A DNA stretch of 60,125 nt, filler included, from 3 parts of 3 records of this genome joined end to end with filler, not necessarily neighbours in it; one strand, 5' to 3'. Numbered from the whole stretch's first letter, positions 9,887-19,819 are shown. Made by a program: numbers and translations. The notes: generated by a model from the sequence alone, not told the origin.

Positions 9887-10444
9887 ATGAAGATATATAC
9901 CAAAACCGGGGACAAGGGCACCACTTCTTTATTTACGGGCACACGCGTCCCTAAACACCACGTTCGTATTGAAAGTTACGGCACCATAGATGAACTCAAC
10001 TCCCACTTAGGACTTTTGAGGGATCAGGATATGGATGAACATTCCAAAAAAACGCTTAGCCTTATCCAAGAAAAGCTTTTTACCGTCGGTTCCATATTGG
10101 CAACAGAGCCGAAAAAGGACAAAAGACTTAAAATTCCGCGTATAAGCTCAGAAGATATTGAATTTTTGGAACAGGAAATGGACAAGATGAACGAAAGCCT
10201 TCCAGAAATGACACATTTTATACTCCCCGGAGGGCATACCACCGTGTCATACTGTCATATTGCCAGAACAGTTTGCCGTCGTGGTGAGCGCATGATTTCC
10301 TATTTACATGAGAATGAACCGGTGCCGGAGAACGTTTTATCCTACATCAACCGACTTTCCGATTATTTGTTTGTTCTGGCACGCAAATTGTCCAAAGATT
10401 TAAATGCCGAAGAGGTCAAGTGGATTCCTGAGAAGTTAGACTGA
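9887..10444 (+). CDS. PduO-type ATP:cob(I)alamin adenosyltransferase
   Basis: MKIYTKTGDKGTT, YGTIDELNS, FILPGG, RTVCRRGER, YINRLSDYLFVLAR. Confidence 0.94.
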   Translation: MKIYTKTGDKGTTSLFTGTRVPKHHVRIESYGTIDELNSHLGLLRDQDMDEHSKKTLSLIQEKLFTVGSILATEPKKDKRLKIPRISSEDIEFLEQEMDKMNESLPEMTHFILPGGHTTVSYCHIARTVCRRGERMISYLHENEPVPENVLSYINRLSDYLFVLARKLSKDLNAEEVKWIPEKLD

Positions 10445-10569
10445 CAAAATCGCTTTTTTAGCCTAAATGTTTTGTCAACAATAAAATAATTTTTAAATAA
10501 TGGTGTTTTTACTTGGCAGATTGGGTTTAAAAATTATTTTTGCAAAAAATTTAAAATCAAACCGTTACT

Positions 10570-10794
10570 ATGTACTGGACTTTAGAACTAGCTTCATATT
10601 TAAGTGATGCGCCTTGGCCAGCAACCAAAGACGAACTGATAGATTACGCCATTCGAACAGGAGCGCCGTTGGAAGTTGTAGAAAATTTACAATCGATGGA
10701 GGAAGAAGGAGGCGAGATATACGAGTCAATCGAAGAAATTTGGCCCGATTATCCCACCGAAGAGGACTATCTCTGGAACGAGGATGAATATTAG
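10570..10794 (+). CDS. DUF2795 domain protein
   Basis: MYWTLELASYLSDAPWPATKDELIDYAIRTGAPLEVVENL, the conserved small Bacteroidota protein typically found upstream of secA. Confidence 0.9.
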   Translation: MYWTLELASYLSDAPWPATKDELIDYAIRTGAPLEVVENLQSMEEEGGEIYESIEEIWPDYPTEEDYLWNEDEY

Positions 10795-10816
10795 ATCCGA
10801 AAGCACAAACCACGTT

Positions 10817-10843
10817 AAAAAGTCTCATTTGAGGCTTTTTTTT
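10817..10843 (+). terminator. Rho-independent terminator
   Basis: aaaaagtctca-tt-tgaggcttttt hairpin followed by a T run. Confidence 0.75.
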
Positions 10844-10928
10844 ATGTAATTTTGACAGCCTAGCCGAAGAATTCCATCCTAATCCCATCAATGGAACGGC
10901 TTTTGACAATCAAAAGAAAAAACATTTC

Positions 10929-13900
10929 ATGAGTTTTATTAATTCCGTACTTAAGGTTTTCGTAGGAGATAAATCGGAGAAGGATGTAAAGTCCCTACAA
11001 CCTTTGGTAAAAGAGATAAAATCCTTTGAGCAACAACTTGAAGGATTGTCACATGATGAACTGAGACAAAAAACAGCATCTTTTAAAGCAAGAATTGCTG
11101 AAGACTGTAAAGAAATCAACGATAAAATCGCTGCGCTAAAAGAAGAAGTGGAAAATTCGAACGACATTGATCGTAACGAAGAAATCTACTCCGAAATCGA
11201 CAAGCTCAATGAGGAAGCCTATAAAATTTCCGAAAAGACTTTGGAAGATATCCTTCCCGAGGCCTTTGCCGTTGTAAAGGAAACTGCAAAACGATTTGCG
11301 GCCAACGAAACCTTAACGGTAACTGCCAGCGAATTTGACAGAGTACTTTCCGGCGACAAGGATTATGTTTCCTTGGAAGGTGACAAAGCGGTTTGGCAAA
11401 ACTCATGGGATGCCGCAGGAAAAGAAGTAACTTGGGATATGGTGCACTACGATGTGCAGCTTATCGGAGGTATTGCGCTACATCAAGGTAAGATTGCCGA
11501 GATGCAGACAGGTGAAGGTAAAACTTTGGTAGCAACCCTCCCGCTCTATCTTAATGCATTGGCCGGTAAGGGGGCACACTTGGTAACGGTAAACGACTAC
11601 CTTGCCAAAAGGGATAGCGCTTGGATGGCTCCGTTGTTCGAGTTTCATGGACTTTCCGTGGATTGTATCGACAAGCACAGACCCAATTCAGACGGAAGAA
11701 GAGCAGCCTACAACGCCGATATCACATACGGAACCAACAATGAATTTGGTTTTGACTACCTCCGCGATAACATGGCGCACACCCCAGATGATTTGGTACA
11801 GCGTCCGCACCACTATGCCATTGTCGATGAGGTGGATTCTGTATTGATTGATGATGCCCGTACACCTTTAATAATTTCTGGTCCGGTTCCCGAAGGAGAC
11901 CGCCACGAGTTCAACGAACTAAAACCACAGGTGTCCAATATTGTTCAACAACAACGTCAGCACCTGACAGGAGTCTTGGCCGAGGCCAAAAAACTCATAA
12001 AAGAAGGAAATACCAAAGAAGGTGGCTTCTTGTTACTACGAGTACACCGTGGGCTTCCAAAAAATAAGGCACTCATCAAGTTTTTGAGTGAAGAAGGGGT
12101 CAAGCAATTGCTTCAAAAGACCGAAAACTTCTATATGCAGGACAATAATAGGGAAATGCCAAAAGTGGACGAAGACCTATTGTTCGTAATCGATGAAAAA
12201 AACAATCAAATAGAGCTTACCGATAAAGGAGTAGAATACATTTCCACCGATCAGGACAAAGAATTTTTTGTGATGCCCGACATCGGTAGTGAAATTGCCA
12301 AAATCGAGAACCAAAACCTCGAGATTGAAAAAGAAGCGGAGCTCAAGGAAGAACTCTTTAAGGATTTCGCCGTTAAAAGCGAGCGCATACACACTATGAC
12401 CCAGTTGTTGAAGGCATATACCCTATTCGAAAAGGATGTGGAGTATGTGGTAATGAACAACAAGGTAATGATCGTGGACGAGCAAACAGGTCGTATCATG
12501 GACGGTCGTAGGTACTCGGATGGTCTTCACCAAGCCATAGAGGCCAAGGAGAACGTAAAAATCGAGGCCATGACCCAAACTTTTGCAACTGTTACCCTCC
12601 AGAACTACTTTAGAATGTACAGCAAGCTATCTGGAATGACGGGTACAGCGGTAACGGAAGCAGGTGAATTTTGGGAAATCTACGAGTTGGATGTAATGGA
12701 AATTCCAACCAATAGGCCCATTGCTCGTGACGATAGACAAGATTTGATCTACAAGACCAAACGGGAAAAATACAATGCCATCATCGAAGAGGTTACGAAA
12801 CTATCTCAATCGGGCAGACCTGTATTGATTGGTACCACTTCCGTTGAAATTTCGGAATTATTATCCAAATTGTTGAGTGTCCGCAAGGTTCCTCACAATG
12901 TTTTGAACGCGAAGCTTCATAAAAAAGAGGCGGATATTGTTGCCGAAGCCGGTAAAGGCGGTATTGTTACCATTGCAACCAACATGGCCGGTAGGGGTAC
13001 CGATATTAAATTATCCCCTGAGGTAAAAGAAGCAGGTGGTTTGGCCATTATTGGTACTGAGCGCCACGATTCCCGACGTGTGGACAGGCAGTTGAGAGGG
13101 CGTTCCGGACGTCAGGGAGACCCTGGAAGCTCCCAATTCTATGTTTCTTTGGAAGACAACCTGATGCGTTTGTTCGGTTCCGACCGAGTTGCCAAAATGA
13201 TGGACCGCATGGGCTTGGAAGATGGTGAAGTGATACAGCACTCCATGATGACCAAATCCATTGAACGTGCTCAGAAAAAAGTAGAGGAGAACAACTTTGG
13301 TATTCGTAAGCGTTTGTTGGAGTATGATGATGTTATGAATGCCCAACGGGAGGTAATCTACAAAAGAAGAAGACACGCATTGGAAGGTGAACGCCTAAAA
13401 GTGGACATCGCCAATATGATCTATGATACTTCTGAAGCCATTGCCGAAACCAATAAAATGGCCGATGATTTCAAGAACTTTGAGTTCGAGCTCATCAAAT
13501 ATTTCTCCATCACCTCACCTATTGATGAAGAAGAATTCAAGAAAATGAGCTTTCAACAGATTGCCAATAAAGTCAACGACGAAGCTTACAAGTACTACAA
13601 AGAAAAAATGGAACGTAGTGCCACGGTTGCCTTCCAGGTCATCAAAAAGGTTTATGAAGATCAGACCAACAAGTTTGAGCGCATCGTAGTTCCATTTACG
13701 GACGGCATCAAGTCCTTGAACGTTGTGACCAATTTGGAAAAGGCGTACAATACCGATGGAAAACAGTTGATCACGGATTTTGAGAAGAACATCACACTGG
13801 CAATCATCGACGATTCTTGGAAAACGCATTTGCGTAAAATGGACGAATTGAAACAGTCCGTTCAATTGGCTGTTCACGAGCAAAAAGACCCATTATTGAT

Positions 13901-14291
13901 CTATAAGTTCGAAGCTTTTGAGCTTTTCAAGGAAATGATCGACAAGGTAAACCGCGAAGTAATATCGTTCTTGTTCAAAGGAGAATTACCTTCCGAAAAC
14001 ACTGCTCAAATCCAAGAGGCCAGGAACGTTCGCAGACCAAAGGAGAATATTCAGACTTCTAAAGAGGAAATACCGAACAGCGATGAGTTGGCCGCACAGA
14101 ACAGAGCTGCAGGCCAAACCCAGGGACAGCGACCTCAAGTAACAGAAACCATTATTCGGGAAAAACCGAAAATTGGAAGAAACGAAAGGGTTACCATTAA
14201 AAATGTAATGTCCGGTGAGAGCAAGACAGTCAAGTTTAAACAGGCCGAACCCCTTATAGACAAAGGAGAGTGGGTTTTGGTGAACGACTAA
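10929..14291 (+). CDS. secA: Preprotein translocase subunit SecA
   Basis: EMQTGEGKT, VTVNDYLAKRD, IVDEVDS, NMAGRGTDI, QLRGRSGRQGDPG; long Bacteroidota form. Confidence 0.98.
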   Translation: MSFINSVLKVFVGDKSEKDVKSLQPLVKEIKSFEQQLEGLSHDELRQKTASFKARIAEDCKEINDKIAALKEEVENSNDIDRNEEIYSEIDKLNEEAYKISEKTLEDILPEAFAVVKETAKRFAANETLTVTASEFDRVLSGDKDYVSLEGDKAVWQNSWDAAGKEVTWDMVHYDVQLIGGIALHQGKIAEMQTGEGKTLVATLPLYLNALAGKGAHLVTVNDYLAKRDSAWMAPLFEFHGLSVDCIDKHRPNSDGRRAAYNADITYGTNNEFGFDYLRDNMAHTPDDLVQRPHHYAIVDEVDSVLIDDARTPLIISGPVPEGDRHEFNELKPQVSNIVQQQRQHLTGVLAEAKKLIKEGNTKEGGFLLLRVHRGLPKNKALIKFLSEEGVKQLLQKTENFYMQDNNREMPKVDEDLLFVIDEKNNQIELTDKGVEYISTDQDKEFFVMPDIGSEIAKIENQNLEIEKEAELKEELFKDFAVKSERIHTMTQLLKAYTLFEKDVEYVVMNNKVMIVDEQTGRIMDGRRYSDGLHQAIEAKENVKIEAMTQTFATVTLQNYFRMYSKLSGMTGTAVTEAGEFWEIYELDVMEIPTNRPIARDDRQDLIYKTKREKYNAIIEEVTKLSQSGRPVLIGTTSVEISELLSKLLSVRKVPHNVLNAKLHKKEADIVAEAGKGGIVTIATNMAGRGTDIKLSPEVKEAGGLAIIGTERHDSRRVDRQLRGRSGRQGDPGSSQFYVSLEDNLMRLFGSDRVAKMMDRMGLEDGEVIQHSMMTKSIERAQKKVEENNFGIRKRLLEYDDVMNAQREVIYKRRRHALEGERLKVDIANMIYDTSEAIAETNKMADDFKNFEFELIKYFSITSPIDEEEFKKMSFQQIANKVNDEAYKYYKEKMERSATVAFQVIKKVYEDQTNKFERIVVPFTDGIKSLNVVTNLEKAYNTDGKQLITDFEKNITLAIIDDSWKTHLRKMDELKQSVQLAVHEQKDPLLIYKFEAFELFKEMIDKVNREVISFLFKGELPSENTAQIQEARNVRRPKENIQTSKEEIPNSDELAAQNRAAGQTQGQRPQVTETIIREKPKIGRNERVTIKNVMSGESKTVKFKQAEPLIDKGEWVLVND

Positions 14292-14312
14292 TCCAAACCT
14301 TATAGCAAGTAT

Positions 14313-14345
14313 AAAGTGGTAGTTATTAAAGCTGCCACTTTTTTT
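14313..14345 (+). terminator. Rho-independent terminator after secA
   Basis: aaagtggtagt...gctgccacttt stem followed by a T run. Confidence 0.75.
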
Positions 14346-14448
14346 ATATCAAAAACATAGTTAGATTTACATCGTAAAACACCCCATAAAGCTACTCTAT
14401 TATACCGATTCAACCTTTTTATGATAGAGGGATATTCACGCGCAGCAT

Positions 14449-15669
14449 ATGAAAAGTCCTGGTAAGGATACATATAGGATACAAGATAAGATTACTTTGA
14501 TACTAAAGGTAAATTACAATTCTTCCTTCTTTGCTGCCATCTTTGGATTGGTATGCTACTTCTTTTTGGGTATAGATGGCATTGTTCCATATACCTTTTG
14601 GGGCTATGCAATCATAAATCTGATAAATACATTGCTGTACAAGCAACATGAAAAATTGGTGCTCACCTATAACCTGACCTCCATTTTGTCTATGTTCGGC
14701 GCAATTGTGATTACCCTCTACAGCGGCGGTATAGACAGCCCGTTCGTTTTTGTTTTGGCGATAATAGTGTTTGCCGGTTATGTGACCACAAAAGTATTTG
14801 GCCAATTGTACCTCATACTGAATTTGGCCGTTCTCACCTTGCTTTTCCTATACGATACAGGTGATTTTAAAATATCTGAAAATACAATCCCTTTAGAATC
14901 GCGCGATTGGTTTGCTTACTTGAGCGCCATGTTCGCTGTATACTTGTTGGGAGGGGTATTTGGTAAAAATCTTTTAAGTGCCCACCATAGGTTGTACAAA
15001 TCCCGTAATGAGATTCAGGAGCGTATAGATGAAAAAGAGATACTGCTGAAAGAGGTACACCATCGCGTGAAAAATAACTTACAGACAGTTTCGAGCTTAC
15101 TGAGCCTGCAATCTAGGTCTATTGACGATAGTAAAATCAGTAACATCATCAAAAGTAGCCAAAATAGGGTGGTATCCATGGCAATGGTACATGAAATGCT
15201 CTACAAGCGTGATGATTATCTATCCAAAATAGAGCTAAAACCATACGTTCAGGAGTTGTGCGACTATTTGGTTAGGTCCGTAAAAGGCAGCGTGAACGAT
15301 GTAAAGGTCAATCTGGATATCAACAATTACAAGTTGAGCATTGACACGGTGATTCCCTTGGGCCTGATCATCAATGAAACCATTACCAACGCACTAAAGT
15401 ATGGAATTGCAGAAGTCCAAAATGGTGAAATCCATGTTTCTGTAGAAAAAATTGATGACAATCGGTACAGAATGCACCTTGGGGATAACGGAATTGGTTA
15501 TTCCGAGGAAATAAATCCAAAAACATCCAACTCACTTGGATTAAAACTCATCTACAACCTTGCACGACAACTAAGAGGCTCTATTACCAGGGACTATGCC
15601 AAAAAAGGAACCCACTACACTATAGAGTTTGAAGAAGTGATAGAACAGTTCAACTCTGTGGATCAGTAG
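14449..15669 (+). CDS. Membrane sensor histidine kinase (HisKA_2 type), no adjacent response regulator
   Basis: About 6 N-terminal TM helices; LLKEVHHRVKNNLQ H-box; ETITNALKY N-box; DNGIG and SLGL motifs. Confidence 0.92.
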   Translation: MKSPGKDTYRIQDKITLILKVNYNSSFFAAIFGLVCYFFLGIDGIVPYTFWGYAIINLINTLLYKQHEKLVLTYNLTSILSMFGAIVITLYSGGIDSPFVFVLAIIVFAGYVTTKVFGQLYLILNLAVLTLLFLYDTGDFKISENTIPLESRDWFAYLSAMFAVYLLGGVFGKNLLSAHHRLYKSRNEIQERIDEKEILLKEVHHRVKNNLQTVSSLLSLQSRSIDDSKISNIIKSSQNRVVSMAMVHEMLYKRDDYLSKIELKPYVQELCDYLVRSVKGSVNDVKVNLDINNYKLSIDTVIPLGLIINETITNALKYGIAEVQNGEIHVSVEKIDDNRYRMHLGDNGIGYSEEINPKTSNSLGLKLIYNLARQLRGSITRDYAKKGTHYTIEFEEVIEQFNSVDQ

Positions 15670-15693
15670 AACAAGTAAGATTTGGCAGAAATG

Positions 15694-15719
15694 AAAAGGT
15701 CGGCTTACACCGACCATTC
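15694..15719. terminator. Hairpin between convergent genes
   Basis: ggtcgg-cttaca-ccgacc stem preceded by an A run (T run on the minus strand). Confidence 0.55.
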
Positions 15720-15748
15720 CTACCTATTTCCAATATAAACTTAAACTT

Positions 15749-15844
15749 CTATAGTTTTCTTTCCCTGAAAGAGAAGGCTATACTTGCCAAAACAAAGGCG
15801 ATACTTAACGACAACACAAAAGGTATCAACATATCCAACATCAT
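15749..15844 (-). CDS. Putative 31-aa hydrophobic membrane peptide
   Basis: MMLDMLIPFVLSLSIAFVLASIAFSFRERKL*; starts 2 nt after the stop of 15847..16083. Confidence 0.55.
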   Translation of the reverse strand: MMLDMLIPFVLSLSIAFVLASIAFSFRERKL

Positions 15845-15846
15845 AA

Positions 15847-16083
15847 TTAAGCCAATTTTGACTTATCGTTCTTTGTTTTAAAAGTAAGCTCTTTTTTGAT
15901 TTTGGAGTTTTTAAACTTGTACAATCTAGCTGTTTTTCTATCCTTTCTGATTGTATGGTTGATTTCGATTTTCAACTCAACACCAACAGTAAGGGTATCA
16001 ACTTTAGTTTCTTTGGGAGCATTTTGGGCAAAAGCCATGGTTCCGAAAAAAGTTACTGCGATAATGGTGAAAATTGTCTTCAT
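15847..16083 (-). CDS. Small secreted hypothetical protein
   Basis: Signal peptide MKTIFTIIAVTFFGTMAFAQ; basic C-terminus ARLYKFKNSKIKKELTF. Confidence 0.8.
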   Translation of the reverse strand: MKTIFTIIAVTFFGTMAFAQNAPKETKVDTLTVGVELKIEINHTIRKDRKTARLYKFKNSKIKKELTFKTKNDKSKLA

Positions 16084-16358
16084 TGTTCTGATTGTTTAAC
16101 GATGTAAAATTACTTTCACGAACAAGGTCAAATCGATTTCCCTCGCTCAATGACACCTTTCTTTCGGTGAATAAATTTTTTTCGGGTGAAGTGCATTTTA
16201 TCCTCGATGAGCGTTTTTGAACCTGAAAACAGCATAACGAAGGCATGTGCATTTCATCGATAATCCGCTTTGCAGTTCATCTGTAACCTACTGAACAGCA
16301 ATAATTTGTTTGTAAGAAAAAGACTAGTTTTTTTGAGTTTATGTAAGAAAAATGGCTA

Positions 16359-16378
16359 AAATTGACATTTGTCAATTT
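16359..16378. promoter_or_regulatory. Perfect inverted repeat AAATTGACA-TT-TGTCAATTT (TTGA-N6-TCAA, FNR/CRP-family-like)
   Basis: 9-bp arms with a 2-bp spacer, in the divergent intergenic region about 105 nt upstream of msrA. Confidence 0.5.
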
Positions 16379-16484
16379 GAAACATAGGAAGGAGGTATTT
16401 CATCTTTAAGAAGGATGATTAACATTTTTTAACGGCCATCCAAGTAATTGTTGGTATCTTATTACTACTAAACAAGAAACTAAA

Positions 16485-17180
16485 ATGAAAATCGTGAGAA
16501 CTCCATTTTTAATTCTACTCCTAATGGCATCCATAAGTTGCCAACCCAAAAACAAATCCGACAAGCAAGAAGTTGCCCAAACAGAAGAATCGGACACCCA
16601 AATGGCGGGGAAAATGAGCGAGGAACAACTCCAAAAATACGAGACGGCTTATTTTGCCAGCGGATGCTTTTGGTGCGTGGAAGCTATTTTTGAAAGCGTA
16701 AAAGGCGTTAAAGAAGTATATTCTGGATACTCTGGAGGCGCGGAAAAGAACCCTACCTACGAAGAAGTTTCCTATGGCAGGACGAACCATGCAGAAGCGG
16801 TAGAGGTATTCTATGACCCTGATGTGATATCCTTTACCCAATTGGTCCAAGTATTTTTTGGTTCCCACGACCCCACGACCCTAAACCGTCAAGGGCCCGA
16901 CCGCGGTGCCCAATATCGTTCCATTGCCTTTTATAAAAACGACAAGGAAAAAAAGATCATTTTGGATTACATGGATAAACTTAGGTCCGAAAATGTATAT
17001 GGTGACCGCGCTATAGTTACCGAGGTGACTCCTTTTGAAAAATTTTATAAAGCTGAAGCATATCATCAGGACTACGAAAAACGTAATCCGAACAACAGTT
17101 ATATCAGAAATGTTTCGATTCCTAGGTTGAATCGTTTCAAAGAGAACTTTAAGTCCTACCTAAAAGAAGATGCTCATTGA
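16485..17180 (+). CDS. msrA: Peptide-methionine (S)-S-oxide reductase, lipoprotein
   Basis: GCFWC, HDPTTLNRQGPDRGAQYRS, AEAYHQDY; lipoprotein-like signal ending ASISC. Confidence 0.95.
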   Translation: MKIVRTPFLILLLMASISCQPKNKSDKQEVAQTEESDTQMAGKMSEEQLQKYETAYFASGCFWCVEAIFESVKGVKEVYSGYSGGAEKNPTYEEVSYGRTNHAEAVEVFYDPDVISFTQLVQVFFGSHDPTTLNRQGPDRGAQYRSIAFYKNDKEKKIILDYMDKLRSENVYGDRAIVTEVTPFEKFYKAEAYHQDYEKRNPNNSYIRNVSIPRLNRFKENFKSYLKEDAH

Positions 17181-17261
17181 TAAGTGATGTGGTAGATGCT
17201 GGTCGTTGAAGAGTTATATCGACCAATATTCGAGGTGGTTCCTTGGGACGTGCAAAACAAG

Positions 17262-18719
17262 CTAGTTTTTAAGAACCACCTCGCTGTATTTGGAATTTAT
17301 TTTGATGGTCTTGCCACCATTCTTGCTGATGTTATAGCCTGTATGCAGATTGGACCCATGATTCTTCACAGAGGTCAACTTTAATGTTTTTGGGTAAGTA
17401 AAACCAGAGGTTGTTTCATTTACGGAGATAGCGTAGGAAGCTTCGGGTAGTTTACAGTCAAGTTCGCCGTTCTCCATGGAAATGTTGATGGTATTGAAAC
17501 CACTGGCCACCTCATCAATGCTCAAGGCACCAAAATTATTGGTCACCAATGCATTGTTCACCACCCTCCCGATTACTACGTTGGATGAAACCGAGTTCAG
17601 TTTCAAATCCTTTACCTCTTTCAAATTCACCTTATCGGAGTAATCCGTCTTCAGACTGCCATAATTCCAATTTTGCACCACAACAGGGGAATAGGACACT
17701 CGAATATCAGTATTGGCCCCATCAATGGTAGAGGCAAGCAAGCTTGCGTAGGACAAGCTTGCGTTGATGTTTTTGGCATTCTCCGCCAATTTTACCTCAC
17801 CATGGCGTACATTCATTTTTACCTTGATGTACTTCGGCATTTTGATGATGATTCGTTTTTTGACCTTATACTCTTTATGTTTTCCATCAGATGAAAAATA
17901 GAACACGTTTGGACTTCCGTGTACCCTTACCTCTTCACGTAGTTTCTTTCTGAACTCCGCCTGCTCAGCTCTTATTTCTGCTTGGTGGGCACGGATTTCT
18001 TCACGTTGTTCCTGCATCCTCTCATGCATTTCTTCACGTACTTTTTCGCGCTCTTCCCTAACTTTCTCACGTTCGTCCCTCAACTCTTCTCTCCGGGCCT
18101 CGCGCTCCTCGGCCAATTTTTCCATCTCTTCGCCCCATTTCTCAAAACGCTCCTTATATTCCTTATCAAAGGTTTTGTCGAATTCCTTTTTCCATTCCTT
18201 CATGTATTTATCTCCATCCTTCTTGTAGGCATCGTAATCAAACTCAATTGGAGGAAAAGGTGGCAAGGGCGGCATGGAAGGCATTACCGCTATTTCAGCA
18301 AAATCAATCTCTGGCATTTCCGGTATCTCCACACTGGCCATAATCTCGGCAACCGAGGGCATTTCGGGAATATCTATGTTCACCGTGTTAAAATCGAAGG
18401 CATAGCTAGGCCCGGCTCCTTCGGTACTGATTTCAATTTCCTTGCTGTTACCCATAATTTTGACCAAATCCTTTTTGAAATAAGAATCGGCTTCCTCCTT
18501 CTCCACTCCTTCCAGTTCGATTATTGCCGTAATTTCCACCTGGTCCTTGTCCCAAGTCTCAAATTGGATATCCGCATAACTGGTATTGATATTCAATTCC
18601 GTGTCATTATCGACATTGAAGGTTTCCTTGTAGGTTTTGGACTTCTCCTGCGCTTGGCCGGTAAATCCGACCAAGGCAAGAAGCAATCCGCTAAACAATA
18701 TTTGATGATTCCTGTTCAT
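17262..18719 (-). CDS. Secreted protein with Pro-rich segment, charged coiled coil and C-terminal beta-repeat (DUF4097/adhesin-like) region
   Basis: Signal peptide; PSMPPLPPFPP; EREKVRE repeats; third gene of the ECF operon with overlapping start/stop. Confidence 0.65.
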   Translation of the reverse strand: MNRNHQILFSGLLLALVGFTGQAQEKSKTYKETFNVDNDTELNINTSYADIQFETWDKDQVEITAIIELEGVEKEEADSYFKKDLVKIMGNSKEIEISTEGAGPSYAFDFNTVNIDIPEMPSVAEIMASVEIPEMPEIDFAEIAVMPSMPPLPPFPPIEFDYDAYKKDGDKYMKEWKKEFDKTFDKEYKERFEKWGEEMEKLAEEREARREELRDEREKVREEREKVREEMHERMQEQREEIRAHQAEIRAEQAEFRKKLREEVRVHGSPNVFYFSSDGKHKEYKVKKRIIIKMPKYIKVKMNVRHGEVKLAENAKNINASLSYASLLASTIDGANTDIRVSYSPVVVQNWNYGSLKTDYSDKVNLKEVKDLKLNSVSSNVVIGRVVNNALVTNNFGALSIDEVASGFNTINISMENGELDCKLPEASYAISVNETTSGFTYPKTLKLTSVKNHGSNLHTGYNISKNGGKTIKINSKYSEVVLKN

Positions 18720-19293
18720 TTTTTGATGATTTTAATTGATTCAACTTTGATTGTAATTTTTGCAACAACTGCAACCGTAGCTGTAGGTTGTTGATCAAGG
18801 CATTGATGGTTTGGTCATTGGGTCCCAATTCGTTCAACTCCTGATTAAGTCTCTGGTATTCCTTGTTCAGTTCCGCCAAGCGATCCATATAACTATCCAC
18901 GAGCTCCTTGTTTCCAGGGTCATCGGCCAACTCAGCCAATTGCAGATTGATGTTTGTGGTATAATAGGTTTCGATTTTTTTAAGATCCGGTGAAAGGTCC
19001 CCCAAGGAAATACCTTGAGCTTCTTCATTGGGATTTTCCCTGTCCACCACCGTTATCTTTTCATCGGGCACAACCTCGCCCCCATTATTGTTGAAATAAT
19101 AAACGGACAACCCTACAGCAACCACAACAGAAGCGGCAATCTGCATCCAAAGGGAAATGACCTTTTTCTTGGGAGGATTATTGGGCAACTCCTCTTCGAG
19201 CTTCGCAAAAAAGCGGTCCTCATGTCCCTCCCTCATTTTGAAGCTTTTTTGCTCCCTTTCCTTTTCAAACAATTCTCTAAGATCACGTGCCAT
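18691..19293 (-). CDS. Putative anti-sigma factor (single TM)
   Basis: GHEDRFFAKL and WMQIAASVVV TM motif; overlaps the ECF sigma gene. Confidence 0.7.
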   Translation of the reverse strand: MARDLRELFEKEREQKSFKMREGHEDRFFAKLEEELPNNPPKKKVISLWMQIAASVVVAVGLSVYYFNNNGGEVVPDEKITVVDRENPNEEAQGISLGDLSPDLKKIETYYTTNINLQLAELADDPGNKELVDSYMDRLAELNKEYQRLNQELNELGPNDQTINALINNLQLRLQLLQKLQSKLNQLKSSKNEQESSNIV

Positions 19294-19819
19294 AAGCTAA
19301 ATCTTTTAATTTTTCCTTTAATTGTGTTTTTCCTCGTAGCAATCGGGTGCGCGATGCGGTTTCGGTTATTCCAAGTATTTCAGAAATTTCCGAGTGGTCG
19401 TACCCTTCCACTAAGAACAATTGTACAACATACCTATATTTTTGGGGCAACTCTTCAATCGCTTTCTTTACCTGATCAATGGAGATTCCTTCCTCCACGG
19501 ACCAATCATCCTCCTCGGCCACTTGCAAATAACTCTCATTGAGTTCCACAGTTCGTTGGTGCTTCGACTTTAAAAAATCGATACTGCCGTTTACAACAAT
19601 TCTCTTCAACCAGGCCCCGAACGTAACATCTCCCTTAAACTGTCCAATACGCTGAAATGCTTTGATAAAGGAATCCTGCAACACATCCTCCGCATCATCG
19701 GTATTTTTAAGGAACCTCATGGCCACACAGAACATACCATCGCAATATTGGCGATACAGTTGCATTTGTGCTTGGCGGTCGTTCGCCTTGCACTTTTCTA
19801 CAAGCTCGATATGGAGCAC
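19283..19819 (-). CDS. ECF RNA polymerase sigma factor
   Basis: DAEDVLQDSFIKAF, FGAWLKRIVVN, EGYDHSEISEILGITETASRTRLLRGK. Confidence 0.95.
   Translation of the reverse strand: MLHIELVEKCKANDRQAQMQLYRQYCDGMFCVAMRFLKNTDDAEDVLQDSFIKAFQRIGQFKGDVTFGAWLKRIVVNGSIDFLKSKHQRTVELNESYLQVAEEDDWSVEEGISIDQVKKAIEELPQKYRYVVQLFLVEGYDHSEISEILGITETASRTRLLRGKTQLKEKLKDLAYGT

Noticed and set aside
14150..14291. SecA C-terminus lacking the Cys-rich zinc motif (KIGRNERVTI)
   Set aside because: To my knowledge a normal flavobacterial variant, and the ORF is intact
17982..19542. Long plus-strand ORFs 17982..18794 and 19015..19542
   Set aside because: Antisense to the ECF operon, with low-complexity mirror composition
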